Shown here: piece by piece, positions 38,721 to 47,219 of the stretch
Layout: every line of letters starts with the position of its first letter
Position numbering within the stretch: the stretch's first letter is position 1
Assembly: GCA_964487335.1 (NCBI GenBank)
Contig: CAZAPT010000008.1
Span: forward strand, 27,425-91,424
Reading direction: 5' to 3'
Length of the DNA: 64,000 nucleotides
From: an uncultured Dehalococcoidia bacterium
Lineage (GTDB): Bacteria; Chloroflexota; Dehalococcoidia; DSTF01; JACRBR01
Notes under the pieces: model-generated
What the model was told of the DNA's origin: nothing
The model's input: only the letters and a program-made list of their open reading frames with translations
Databases searched by the model: none
Made by a program: the position numbers and the translations under genes

Positions 38721-40063
38721 ATGGATCCGGAGATCCGGTACACGACGACGGTAGACGGCGCGAGCATCGCGTACTACGCCATGGGCGAAGGCCCGGCGCT
38801 GGTCATGACGTCACGGGTGCTCTGGAGTCACCTCAAGCATCAGGAGGTTCGCGAGTTTCATCGCAGCAGTAGTGGCCACGGGCTGGGGCGCGGCTCCAAA
38901 TCGTGCGCTACGACGCGCGCGGCACCGGCATGTCCGGCCGCGATTCGCTGGATTTCAGCATCGAGGCGCGGATGCGAGACCTGGAGGCGGTGATTGAGCG
39001 GCTGAGCCTGACGAAGCTCGCGCTGTTTGGCGTCCGCCACGGGGGCCTCGCCGCCATCCGGTATGCGGCGGAGCAGCCCGAGCGGGTGTCGCACCTGGTG
39101 CTCTTCGACGCGTACGCGCGGGGAAGCGAGCAGGAGCACTCCATCCGGCATCTCGACTCTTTTCTCGAATCGGCGGCTGACCGGTGGGAGGAGCTGACCC
39201 TGACGATCGCCAACTCCAACACCGGGTTCAGGTTTCCGGAATACGCGCGGAACCTCGCGGCCCTCTACCGCGAGTCGATGACGCCGGCTTCCGTTCGTGC
39301 ATTCAGGGAATCGACGAGGGGCATCGACGTCACGGAGCTGCTGACGCGCGTCGCGGCGCCGACGCTGGTGATTACGCAGAACGACCCGCGCGACCCGCAG
39401 GATTTGGAATGGTCGCGTGAGCTTGCATCGAAGATCCCGGATGCGCGCTTCTCGACCCTGGCGCCGTATGACGAGCAACGATGGACCGACAAACACACGG
39501 CGATCGTCGAGGAGTTCCTGGGCGTCCGCGCTGGACCCACACGCGCGGTTCCAGCGGGCCCTGGTCCTCCCGGCACAGCGGTTATCCTCTTCACCGACAT
39601 CGCCAACAGCTCCGCACTCACAGAGCGCATGGGCGATGCGGCCTTCCGCGCAGCCTCACGAGAGCTTGATCGCCAAATCCGAGCGGCGATTCGCGAGGCG
39701 GGTGGCGAAGCCGTTGAAGGCAACGTCCTCGGCGACGGCGTCATGGGTGTGTTCTCGTCGGCGACCCAGGCGATTCATGCTGCGACACTGTGCGTCGAGG
39801 GAAGCCGCGATCTGGCACTGCACATCGGCCTGCACGCCGGCGATGTGACACGCGAAGAACGCAATGTATATGGCGGCGCGGTCAACATCGCCTCACGCGT
39901 CTGCGGGCTCTGCGAGCCGGGCGAGATTCTGGTCTCACAGACGGTGCGCGACCTTGCGCGCACGTCGGCGGGCGTAACCTTCGAGGATCGCGGCGAGCAG
40001 ACATTGAAGGGCATTGAGGATCCAGTGCGCGTCTTCGCCGTAAATCCCACCTCCAAGGTCTAA
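38721..40063 (+). pseudogene. Alpha/beta-hydrolase-fold + class III adenylate/guanylate cyclase fusion (LipJ-like), split by a one-base frameshift near 38893
   Basis: MDPEIRY..DGASIAY..GEGP in one frame joins LQIVRYDARGTGMS in another; LFTDIANSS, GDGVM, YGGAVNIASR cyclase motifs; may be an assembly error. Confidence 0.8.
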
Positions 40064-40165
40064 CCTCAGTCGCCATCTATGCTCCGCTTCATCCTCGTTC
40101 GGCCGGCACTGGACGACCGCCGCTGCATGCGGTGGTCGAGGCTTAGCCAGAGCAGGCGTACTTCG

Positions 40166-41791
40166 CTACCCCACCCGCACCAACACCCCCTCATTCCCCT
40201 GCAGCCCGACCCGCCGCTCCTCCACCCGCGCGTCCGCGTGCGTGCCGAATATCACGTCGCGCGCACGCAGCTCGTCCGGCAGGTCGAATGCCACATCGCC
40301 GACCGCGAAGTTCAGCGCCACCATCAGCCGCTCGTCGCCGCGCGTCCGCGTGTACGCGAACACGCCGTCCGGCACGCCGTCGACCGGCGCGTAGTCGCCG
40401 AACCGCAGCGCCTCCGACTGCCGCCGAAACCAGATCAGCTTCCGATACAACGACAGCAGCGACGACCCGTCGCGCCCCTCGTCTTCGACGTTCCGCGCCA
40501 GGTCGCCGTACGGCAGCCATGGCTCGCCTGACGTGAACCCGCCGCGCGACGTCCACTGCATCGGCGTGCGCTCTGGATCGCGCCCGCGGCCGTAGCGCCG
40601 CGCCGGGTCCTGCAGCCGGTCCTCCGGGATCGAGACGTTCTCCATCCCGATCTCGTCGCCGTAGTACATGAACGGCGTCCCCCGTAGCGTCAGCAGCAGC
40701 ATCGCCGCCACCCGCGCCCGCTCCTGCCCGCGCCCGTCCCCGTTCACCCGGCTGATCACCCGGTCGACGTCGTGGTTCCCCAGCACGTAGTTTGGCCACG
40801 CGCACGATGGCAGTGCCGCCTCGAACCCGTCGACGCGCGCCCGCACGTGGTCCGCCCGCCACCGCTGGTCCCAGATGCGGACGAACGGGAAGTTGAACGC
40901 CAGGTGCAGCCCGTCGCACGCGTCGCCGCCGTAGTACCGCACGATGTTCTCCGGCGGCCCGAACACCTCTCCCACCGTCATCCGCTCCGGGAACTCGTCC
41001 ACCACCCGACGGATCGCGCGGATCGCGTCGATGATCTCCGGCCAGTCCTTGTCGTGGATGTGCTCCTGCAGCAGCGTCTGCCCGCCGAACTGCGCCAGCG
41101 CCTTATTCCGCGCCGGCGGGTTGTCGCCCAGCTCCGGGTCCTTCAGGATCCGGTCCATCACGTCGATCCGGAACCCGGCGATCCCCCGGCGCATCCAGAA
41201 CCGCAGCACGTCGTGCATCGCCTGCACGACCTCCGGGTTGCGCCAGTTGAGGTCCGGCTGCGACACCAGGAACGAATGCAGGTAGTACTGCATCGTCGGC
41301 TGGTGCCACTCCCACGCGGGCCCCCCGAACGCTGCGATCCAGTTGTTCGGCGGGCTGCCTTCGTCCTTCGGGTCGCGCCACACATACCAGTCCCGCTTCG
41401 GGCTCTCGAGCGAAGATGCCGCCTCGTGGAACCACGGATGCTCCGACGAAGAGTGATTCGGCACGAAGTCCAGGATGATCCGGATGCCCCGCCGATGCGC
41501 CTCCGCGATCAGCCGGTCCATCGTCGCCATGTCGCCGAAGTCCGGATGCACCCCGCAGTAGTCCGACACGTCGTACCCGAAGTCCGCCATCGGCGACGGA
41601 TACGTCGGCGAAAACCAGATCGCGTCGATGCCCAGCGACTGCTCCGTCCCGTCGTTCAGGTAGTCGAGCCGGTCGATGACCCCCTGCAGATCCCCGATCC
41701 CGTCGCCGTTCGAATCCTGAAAGCTCCGAGGATAGATCTGATAGACGATCCCATGCTTCCACCACAACGTCTGCGCGCTCTCATCACTCAT
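40166..41791 (-). CDS. GH13 alpha-glucosidase/oligo-1,6-glucosidase
   Basis: IYQIYPRSF.DSNGDGIGDL, DFVPNHSS, GFRIDV, GEV, GNHD catalytic triad. Confidence 0.95.
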   Translation of the reverse strand: MSDESAQTLWWKHGIVYQIYPRSFQDSNGDGIGDLQGVIDRLDYLNDGTEQSLGIDAIWFSPTYPSPMADFGYDVSDYCGVHPDFGDMATMDRLIAEAHRRGIRIILDFVPNHSSSEHPWFHEAASSLESPKRDWYVWRDPKDEGSPPNNWIAAFGGPAWEWHQPTMQYYLHSFLVSQPDLNWRNPEVVQAMHDVLRFWMRRGIAGFRIDVMDRILKDPELGDNPPARNKALAQFGGQTLLQEHIHDKDWPEIIDAIRAIRRVVDEFPERMTVGEVFGPPENIVRYYGGDACDGLHLAFNFPFVRIWDQRWRADHVRARVDGFEAALPSCAWPNYVLGNHDVDRVISRVNGDGRGQERARVAAMLLLTLRGTPFMYYGDEIGMENVSIPEDRLQDPARRYGRGRDPERTPMQWTSRGGFTSGEPWLPYGDLARNVEDEGRDGSSLLSLYRKLIWFRRQSEALRFGDYAPVDGVPDGVFAYTRTRGDERLMVALNFAVGDVAFDLPDELRARDVIFGTHADARVEERRVGLQGNEGVLVRVG

Positions 41792-41850
41792 GCCCGAAGT
41801 GCAACAGCTACAACTCCCAAGCGCAATCGAGGGTAGGCGCTGACTGATGT

Positions 41851-41876
41851 GTAGGGGCAGCCCCGCGTGGCCGCCC
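41851..41876 (+). repeat. REP-like element, family A
   Basis: GTAG-GGGCAGC-cccgcgtg-GCCGCCC. Confidence 0.75.
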
Positions 41877-41996
41877 TGGTCGAATGGCTCTGGATGCGCG
41901 CTCATTTGGAACACCTCCTCGACGCCAGACCATGCGGCACGAGCGCCTCGCCTGTGCCGTCGTTCTCGCTCCGTGCAATACGCGCGGAACAACATA

Positions 41997-42040
41997 CTCA
42001 CCGCTCACCGCTGACCGCTGACCGCTGACCGCTGATCGCT
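41997..42040. repeat. Heptamer tandem repeat (ACCGCTG-type), about 6 units
   Basis: ctcaccgctcaccgctgaccgctgaccgctgaccgctgatcgct. Confidence 0.9.
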
Positions 42041-42197
42041 CCACGTTGACATCCATTACAGTTCGTGGTCACCCAACCCACTGCGCTGCTATCCTCTCGA
42101 TGCGATGCCGCCGCGCACATGCGACGGCATCGTGGGGGCGCGCGATGAGTGTGCAGGGCTAACGTCCGCCGCAGACGGACGATCCGAGGTGCCGTCG

Positions 42198-42875
42198 ATG
42201 AACATCCGCCGCTCGTTCGCCTGCCTCGCCCTCGCCGCCACCGCCCTCACCCTCGCCGCATGCGGCGGCGGCTCCTCCGGCCCCAAGCCCACCGAAACGC
42301 CCAGCGTCCCCCAGCCCGAAGACGTCCTCGCCCAGTGGGTGCAGGAGAACCGCAACGTCGGCTTCGTCGGCGACTGCTCCAACGCCCGCCCCGGCGTAGA
42401 CGTCGGCAAGCTCTGCATGACAGTCGCCGGCGAGCGTGGCACCCGACGCGCCTACTACATCGGCCCGACCTTCTCCGAAGGCACCGCCCTCGCCATCCTG
42501 GAGAACGACCCCGACGGATGGAAGGTCCTCTCCGTCACCAACAAGGATCCCAGCCAGGGCAGCGTCCCCGGCATCGATTGGCCGCTGCAGATCGGCGACC
42601 AGGTCGTCGTCATCGGCATCGGCGAAGGCGACTGCCTCAGCACCCGCGAGCAGCCGACGCAGCAGGCGAAGCGCACCTCATGCCAGCCCGACGGCACGAA
42701 GGCCATCATCCAGGAAGGCCCCGTCCAGGCCGAGTCCTTCACCTGGTGGCGCATCGCCGGCACCGACGCCGCCGGCAACGGATTCGGCGGCTGGGCCGCC
42801 GGCCGCTGGCTCCGCCTCCCCGAAGCCATCGCCCAGGCCCTCCAGCCGGCCACCCCCACCCCCGCCCCGCAGTAG
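42198..42875 (+). CDS. Lipoprotein with C-terminal SH3b-like domain
   Basis: LAACGGG lipobox; GDCLSTREQP..DGT..EGP..TWWRI..GWAAGRWL SH3-like pattern. Confidence 0.7.
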   Translation: MNIRRSFACLALAATALTLAACGGGSSGPKPTETPSVPQPEDVLAQWVQENRNVGFVGDCSNARPGVDVGKLCMTVAGERGTRRAYYIGPTFSEGTALAILENDPDGWKVLSVTNKDPSQGSVPGIDWPLQIGDQVVVIGIGEGDCLSTREQPTQQAKRTSCQPDGTKAIIQEGPVQAESFTWWRIAGTDAAGNGFGGWAAGRWLRLPEAIAQALQPATPTPAPQ

Positions 42876-42921
42876 GCCGGCACCGTTCAGCGATAAGCGG
42901 TCAGCTGCCGACTCTCAACGA

Positions 42922-43014
42922 GTCTGTCTGTTGTCTGTCGTCTGCTGTCTGTTTGCTGCCGTTTGCTGTTTGTTCTTTGTGCTTTTTCTTCGCTGTTTGT
43001 TCTTTGTTCTCTGA
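42922..43014. repeat. Degenerate pyrimidine/G-rich heptamer tract (TTGTTCT/CTGTTTG-like)
   Basis: Adenine-free run of about 90 nt between genes. Confidence 0.75.
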
Positions 43015-43038
43015 CCCCCGTTACGCGAAGATCCCCCC

Positions 43039-43457
43039 ATGACCACAGACACCACCCCCGCTAAGCTCCTCGCTCTCGCCGATCGCTTCATGACCGCCGT
43101 CGCAACCGGCGACTTCCGCAGCCTCCGCGAGATCTACGCCGAAGACGCCGCGATCTGCACAACAACGACGGCGCCACCCAGACCGTCGAAGAGAACCTCC
43201 GCACACTCGAGTGGGTCTACAGCAAGATCGCGGACTTCCGATACGAAGACGTCCGCCGCCACGCAACTGACACCGGCTTCGTCCAACAGCACACCGTCCG
43301 AGGCCGCACCCCCTCCGGCGCCGCCCTCGAAGTCCCCGCCTGCCTCGTCGTTACTGTTGCAGACGGCCACATCACCCGCCTCGACGAATACCTCGACTCC
43401 GCCCACCTCGCCGCCCTCCTCGCTCCACGCGCGTCATCCACGAACCCGTCCGACTAG
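43039..43457 (+). pseudogene. SnoaL/NTF2-like protein with a one-base frameshift near 43157
   Basis: YAEDAAI then W-HNNDGATQTVEENL..FVQQH..ITRLDEYLDS continues in the shifted frame; one extra G restores IWHN. Confidence 0.8.
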
Positions 43458-43476
43458 GCGACGTCCCGAATCTCGA

Positions 43477-43567
43477 TTTGTTCTTTGTTCTCCATCCTTT
43501 AGTCTCTGCTGTTTGCTGTCGGCTGTTTGCTCTTCGTCCTCTGTTGTCCGTCGTCCGCTATCCGTTC
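43477..43567. repeat. Second degenerate heptamer tract
   Basis: TTTGTTCTTTGTTCTC at 43477-43492 is identical to 42996-43011. Confidence 0.75.
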
Positions 43568-43593
43568 ATGATCGTCCCCAAGGAGCGCACCAC

Positions 43594-44100
43594 ATGAACG
43601 AAGCCCTCGTCTACGCCTTCCGCCACAGCCTCTGGGCCAACCTCAAACTCCTCGACGCCTGCCAGCGCCTATCCGACGCCGACCTCGACGCCTCCGTCCC
43701 CGGCGCCTACGGCACGATCCGCAACACCCTCGTCCACCTGTTCGCCGCCGAGACCCGCTACCTCGCAGCGATGCGCAACCAGCCTCGCCCGGAAGACCTG
43801 AACGAACAGAAGCCCTTCCCGGGCTTCCCCGACCTCCGCGACTACGCGAAGCAGACTGGCGGAGCCTTCATCGAGATCGCGAAGAGCGTCACGCCTGACC
43901 AGCGCATGAGCGGCGAGATGCGCGGCGAGCGCTACGACCTTCCGCTCTCCGTCCCCCTCGCCCAGGCCATAAACCACGCGACCGAACACCGCACGAACAT
44001 CACCACCATCATGTCCGCCCGCGGCCTCGACGCTCCCGTCCTCGACGTCTGGACGTTCGTCCGCGAACGCAGCGCCGGCAGCCTGCAGGCGCAGTCCTGA
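43594..44100 (+). CDS. DinB/YfiT-family protein
   Basis: HSLWAN..LL, GTIRNTLVHLFAAE, INHATEHR; AAGGAG RBS. Confidence 0.9.
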   Translation: MNEALVYAFRHSLWANLKLLDACQRLSDADLDASVPGAYGTIRNTLVHLFAAETRYLAAMRNQPRPEDLNEQKPFPGFPDLRDYAKQTGGAFIEIAKSVTPDQRMSGEMRGERYDLPLSVPLAQAINHATEHRTNITTIMSARGLDAPVLDVWTFVRERSAGSLQAQS

Positions 44101-44108
44101 CACGCACG

Positions 44109-44138
44109 AAAAGAGCCCCGCGTGAGCGAGGCCCTTTT
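44109..44138. terminator. Probable bidirectional terminator between convergent genes
   Basis: AAAAG-AGCCCCGC-gtga-GCGAGGCC-CTTTT imperfect stem with A/T flanks. Confidence 0.55.
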
Positions 44139-44167
44139 GTTCTCTGTTCCTTGTTCTGCGCAGCGCC

Positions 44168-44683
44168 TTACGCCGTCGCCGCCTCCCGCAGCTTGATCCC
44201 CGCCTGCTCCAACACCTCATCGCTGATGTCCCGGCGCTCCAGCACCCGCGTCCAGTAGCTCACCTCGAGCTGCATCCCGTCCGGGTCGACGAAGTAGATC
44301 GATCGGCAGAAGTCGTGGTCGATGACCGGTGTCACCTTGACGTCCTTTGACTTAAGGTGCTCCCGAAACGCGTTGATCTCCTGCTCGCTGTCCACCGTGA
44401 ACGCCAGGTGGTGCATCGAGCCCGCGCCGTTGATGTGCGCGAAGCTCTCCGGATGCGATAGCCCGACCACCGCTTCCGGCGCGTCCCGGAACCAGAAGAA
44501 CGCGAGCTGGTTCCCGCCGCCCATGTCGTAGAAGAGGTGCATCGCCTCCTCCGGCTTGAACGGCGGCACGTGGATGGCGCACGTCAGCTCCATCCCCATG
44601 ACTTCCGTGTAGAACTCGTGCGTCGCCTTCGCGTCCTTGCACACGAGCGCCAGATGGTGCACCCCGCCAGTGGCCGGCTTCAT
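44168..44683 (-). CDS. VOC/glyoxalase family protein
   Basis: GVHHLALVC, FYTEVMG, MHHLAF, SIYFVDPDGMQLE. Confidence 0.9.
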   Translation of the reverse strand: MKPATGGVHHLALVCKDAKATHEFYTEVMGMELTCAIHVPPFKPEEAMHLFYDMGGGNQLAFFWFRDAPEAVVGLSHPESFAHINGAGSMHHLAFTVDSEQEINAFREHLKSKDVKVTPVIDHDFCRSIYFVDPDGMQLEVSYWTRVLERRDISDEVLEQAGIKLREAATA

Positions 44684-44839
44684 GATCAGCCTCCTCGGTT
44701 CAGTCGGTCGGCGCGGGCCCCGTGTTGGTCGCGCCCCGCTAGGCGCCTATCATAGCACCGTTCGAAGCTGAAATGTGTAAATTCGGGGTGCGATCCGCTC
44801 TACCACGGTCTTCCGAAGCGATGGTGAAGGCGCGACAAG

Positions 44840-45622
44840 ATGACGGCGTTAAGAGCCAAATTCGCTGGAATGCGGTTGGCCGCGATCATCGTTGTCGCCC
44901 TAATCGGGGCGTCAGTTGCAGCCTTCTTCACCGTTGGGGCACTTCAAGGCAACGAGCCAAGCTATACCGTCTCGCAGAAGCCAGTGGGCCCTAATGGGGA
45001 GTTGGAGCCGGTTTACGAACCGAACTGCCCGAGCAATCCTGATAAGCCCAGCGACTACGGCCCGTTTCGTCTCCTCCCTTTTTGCGCAGCGTTCGAGCCG
45101 CCCACGCCTCCTCCACCTGAACCAACGTCGCCGATCCTCGCCACCCCGGTCGACTTTGAAGACTTGGCGGCCCTGCGCTCGTCTCCTGTTGACGTCGAAA
45201 TTGATCCCAGCCTTGTTCCGAAGGGATACGCGTACAGCCCGCCCACCGGCCAATATCGCGACCCAAAGACGGGCCAAATTACCGCCATCTCGTGGTCATT
45301 CCGTGGGCCTCTTGTCGCAGTAACGACGATCGACCGAGGTCCTAGGTCGATTCCGACACTGATCAAGCTACCGCCGAGCGACGGTTGGTCCACGGTTGAG
45401 ACTGGCGAGCTGGACGGGCACCCCGCGATCTTCGATCGCAACAAACCTGGCGTAGCTTCAGGCCAACAATGCGTCTATTTCGCGGAGGACGACATCTTTA
45501 CGTTCGTCAGCGGCTACGTGGAGGACTTCAACGACCTCGTGAAGCTAGCCGAGTACGTGTCAGATCACTCGACCGTCATCTCGAAGACCGGCGATCCCGA
45601 GAGCAGCGGGACCCGCGAATGA
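44840..45622 (+). CDS. Hypothetical membrane-anchored exported protein
   Basis: N-terminal TM helix, Pro-rich linker, visibly lower GC3 than neighbours; ATGA overlap with next gene. Confidence 0.65.
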   Translation: MTALRAKFAGMRLAAIIVVALIGASVAAFFTVGALQGNEPSYTVSQKPVGPNGELEPVYEPNCPSNPDKPSDYGPFRLLPFCAAFEPPTPPPPEPTSPILATPVDFEDLAALRSSPVDVEIDPSLVPKGYAYSPPTGQYRDPKTGQITAISWSFRGPLVAVTTIDRGPRSIPTLIKLPPSDGWSTVETGELDGHPAIFDRNKPGVASGQQCVYFAEDDIFTFVSGYVEDFNDLVKLAEYVSDHSTVISKTGDPESSGTRE

Positions 45623-46905
45623 CGCAACCCCGACAAGGACCCTCCCGCCGCCTCCCCTTCGCCTTCACCCACCTCAACGCCGCCGTACGCCGCGACATCG
45701 TCTACCTCGATGCCACCGACAGCGCACAGAGCTTCGGCGTCCTCTACCGCCCGCCGTCCGGCGACCCCCGCACCGCCGTCTACCTCATGCACCCGCGAGG
45801 CGACTTCAGCCGACACTACGTCGTCCCGCCCCTCACCGCCCGAGGCTACGCCGTCTTCTGCCACAACGGCCGCTACCTCAACAACGACACCGACATGCTG
45901 CACGAGCGCCTGTTGTTCGACATCGCCGCCGGCATGCGCCATCTTCGAAACGCCGGCTTCGAGCGCATCGTCTTGCTCGGAAACAGCGGCGGCGGCTCGC
46001 TGCTCGCCTTCTACCAGTCGCAGGCCGCGCGCAAGCCTGCAGACCGCCTCACCAGCACGCCCGGTGGAGAGCGCATCGACCTCACCGATGAAGACATGCC
46101 CGAAGGCGACGCGTACATCGCCGTCGCCGCGCATCTCGGCGAAGGTCGCTTCCTGCTGAACACCATCGACCCCAGCGTGATCGACGAGTCCGACCCGACG
46201 AGCTGCGACGCCGCGTGGGACATGTACAACCCGGCGAACGGCTACCGCCCCTTCCCCCAACCCAGCACCTACGACCGCGCGTGGCTCGACGAATACCGCC
46301 GGCGCCAGCGCGACCGCGTCCGCCGCCTCGACGCCATCGCCCGCGGCCACCTTGAAGAGCAGGCGTACTTCCGCAGCCGCATGCGCGACGAACCGCACGC
46401 CTCACGGGACCACGCCACCCGCGGCGTCATCGAACGCCGCGCGCGCCTTTGGCGATACATGCTCATCTACCGCACGCTCGCCAACCCCGCGTACCTGGAC
46501 CCGACGATCGAGCCCAACCGCCGACGCATCGGCAGCATCTTCTCGCCCGGCGACCCGATCATCGGCAACTACGGCCCCGGCGGCCTCGCCCGCGTGATGA
46601 CCCCGCGCGCATGGCTCAGCACCTGGAGCGGCCTCAGCAGCCAGGCCGAGCTCCCCGACACCATCCGAGGCGTCACCATCCCGACGCTCATCGTCTATGC
46701 CGACGCCGACTGCGATATCTATCCGTCAGAACAGCAGGAGATTTTCGAAGCCAGCGCCGCCTCCGACAAGACCTTTGTCACACTAGAGTCCGCCGACCAC
46801 TACCTCTACCCCGCCGGCGCCACCGAAACCGCCCTCCCCGACCCCCGCGACCGCCTCATCGACATCATCGCCCCGTGGATAGAGGAGCGGATTGGCGGTG
46901 CGTGA
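45619..46905 (+). CDS. Alpha/beta hydrolase with large cap insertion
   Basis: GNSGGG nucleophile elbow, YADADCDI, SADHY. Confidence 0.8.
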   Translation: MTQPRQGPSRRLPFAFTHLNAAVRRDIVYLDATDSAQSFGVLYRPPSGDPRTAVYLMHPRGDFSRHYVVPPLTARGYAVFCHNGRYLNNDTDMLHERLLFDIAAGMRHLRNAGFERIVLLGNSGGGSLLAFYQSQAARKPADRLTSTPGGERIDLTDEDMPEGDAYIAVAAHLGEGRFLLNTIDPSVIDESDPTSCDAAWDMYNPANGYRPFPQPSTYDRAWLDEYRRRQRDRVRRLDAIARGHLEEQAYFRSRMRDEPHASRDHATRGVIERRARLWRYMLIYRTLANPAYLDPTIEPNRRRIGSIFSPGDPIIGNYGPGGLARVMTPRAWLSTWSGLSSQAELPDTIRGVTIPTLIVYADADCDIYPSEQQEIFEASAASDKTFVTLESADHYLYPAGATETALPDPRDRLIDIIAPWIEERIGGA

Positions 46906-46909
46906 TCAA

Positions 46910-47152
46910 ATGCAGGACCCGGGGAGCGCCCCGGCAGATCGGCCACGGCGACGTGGTCTCGAGATCGCGCGCGTCGGACTCGGTGTAACCGTTCTGCTCT
47001 TTATCACCAGTGCAGGTCTCGTTACCGCAGGACTCTTGTGCCCGTGTGATCTTGGGACCGGCCTGGGGATATTCCTGTTAGGAGCGGTCGCGTTCATCGC
47101 GTCCGTCGTCACGGGGTTAGGCTCGTTATGGGTGATCGCCACGCACGGCTGA
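46910..47152 (+). CDS. Small two-helix membrane protein
   Basis: Two hydrophobic segments; start uncertain (GTG 46898 or ATG 46910). Confidence 0.5.
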   Translation: MQDPGSAPADRPRRRGLEIARVGLGVTVLLFITSAGLVTAGLLCPCDLGTGLGIFLLGAVAFIASVVTGLGSLWVIATHG

Positions 47153-47196
47153 TCAGCTACGGTCGCGCGCAACGCGGCTCGGCGTACATCGAAGGC

Positions 47197-47219
47197 AGGC
47201 GGAGGGCTCTACTCCGCCT
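47197..47219. terminator. Hairpin overlapping the stop of the extended FTR ORF
   Basis: AGGCGGAG-ggctcta-CTCCGCCT between convergent genes; no clear U tract. Confidence 0.45.

Noticed and set aside
41997-43567. Possible CRISPR array in the repeat-rich region
   Set aside because: Repeats are 7-nt tandem units with no 25-45 nt repeat/spacer periodicity, and no cas genes are present.
43039-44100. 353-aa ORF joining SnoaL start, low-complexity middle and DinB
   Set aside because: Artefact of the frameshift near 43157 reading through the repeat tract; DinB has its own RBS and ATG at 43594.
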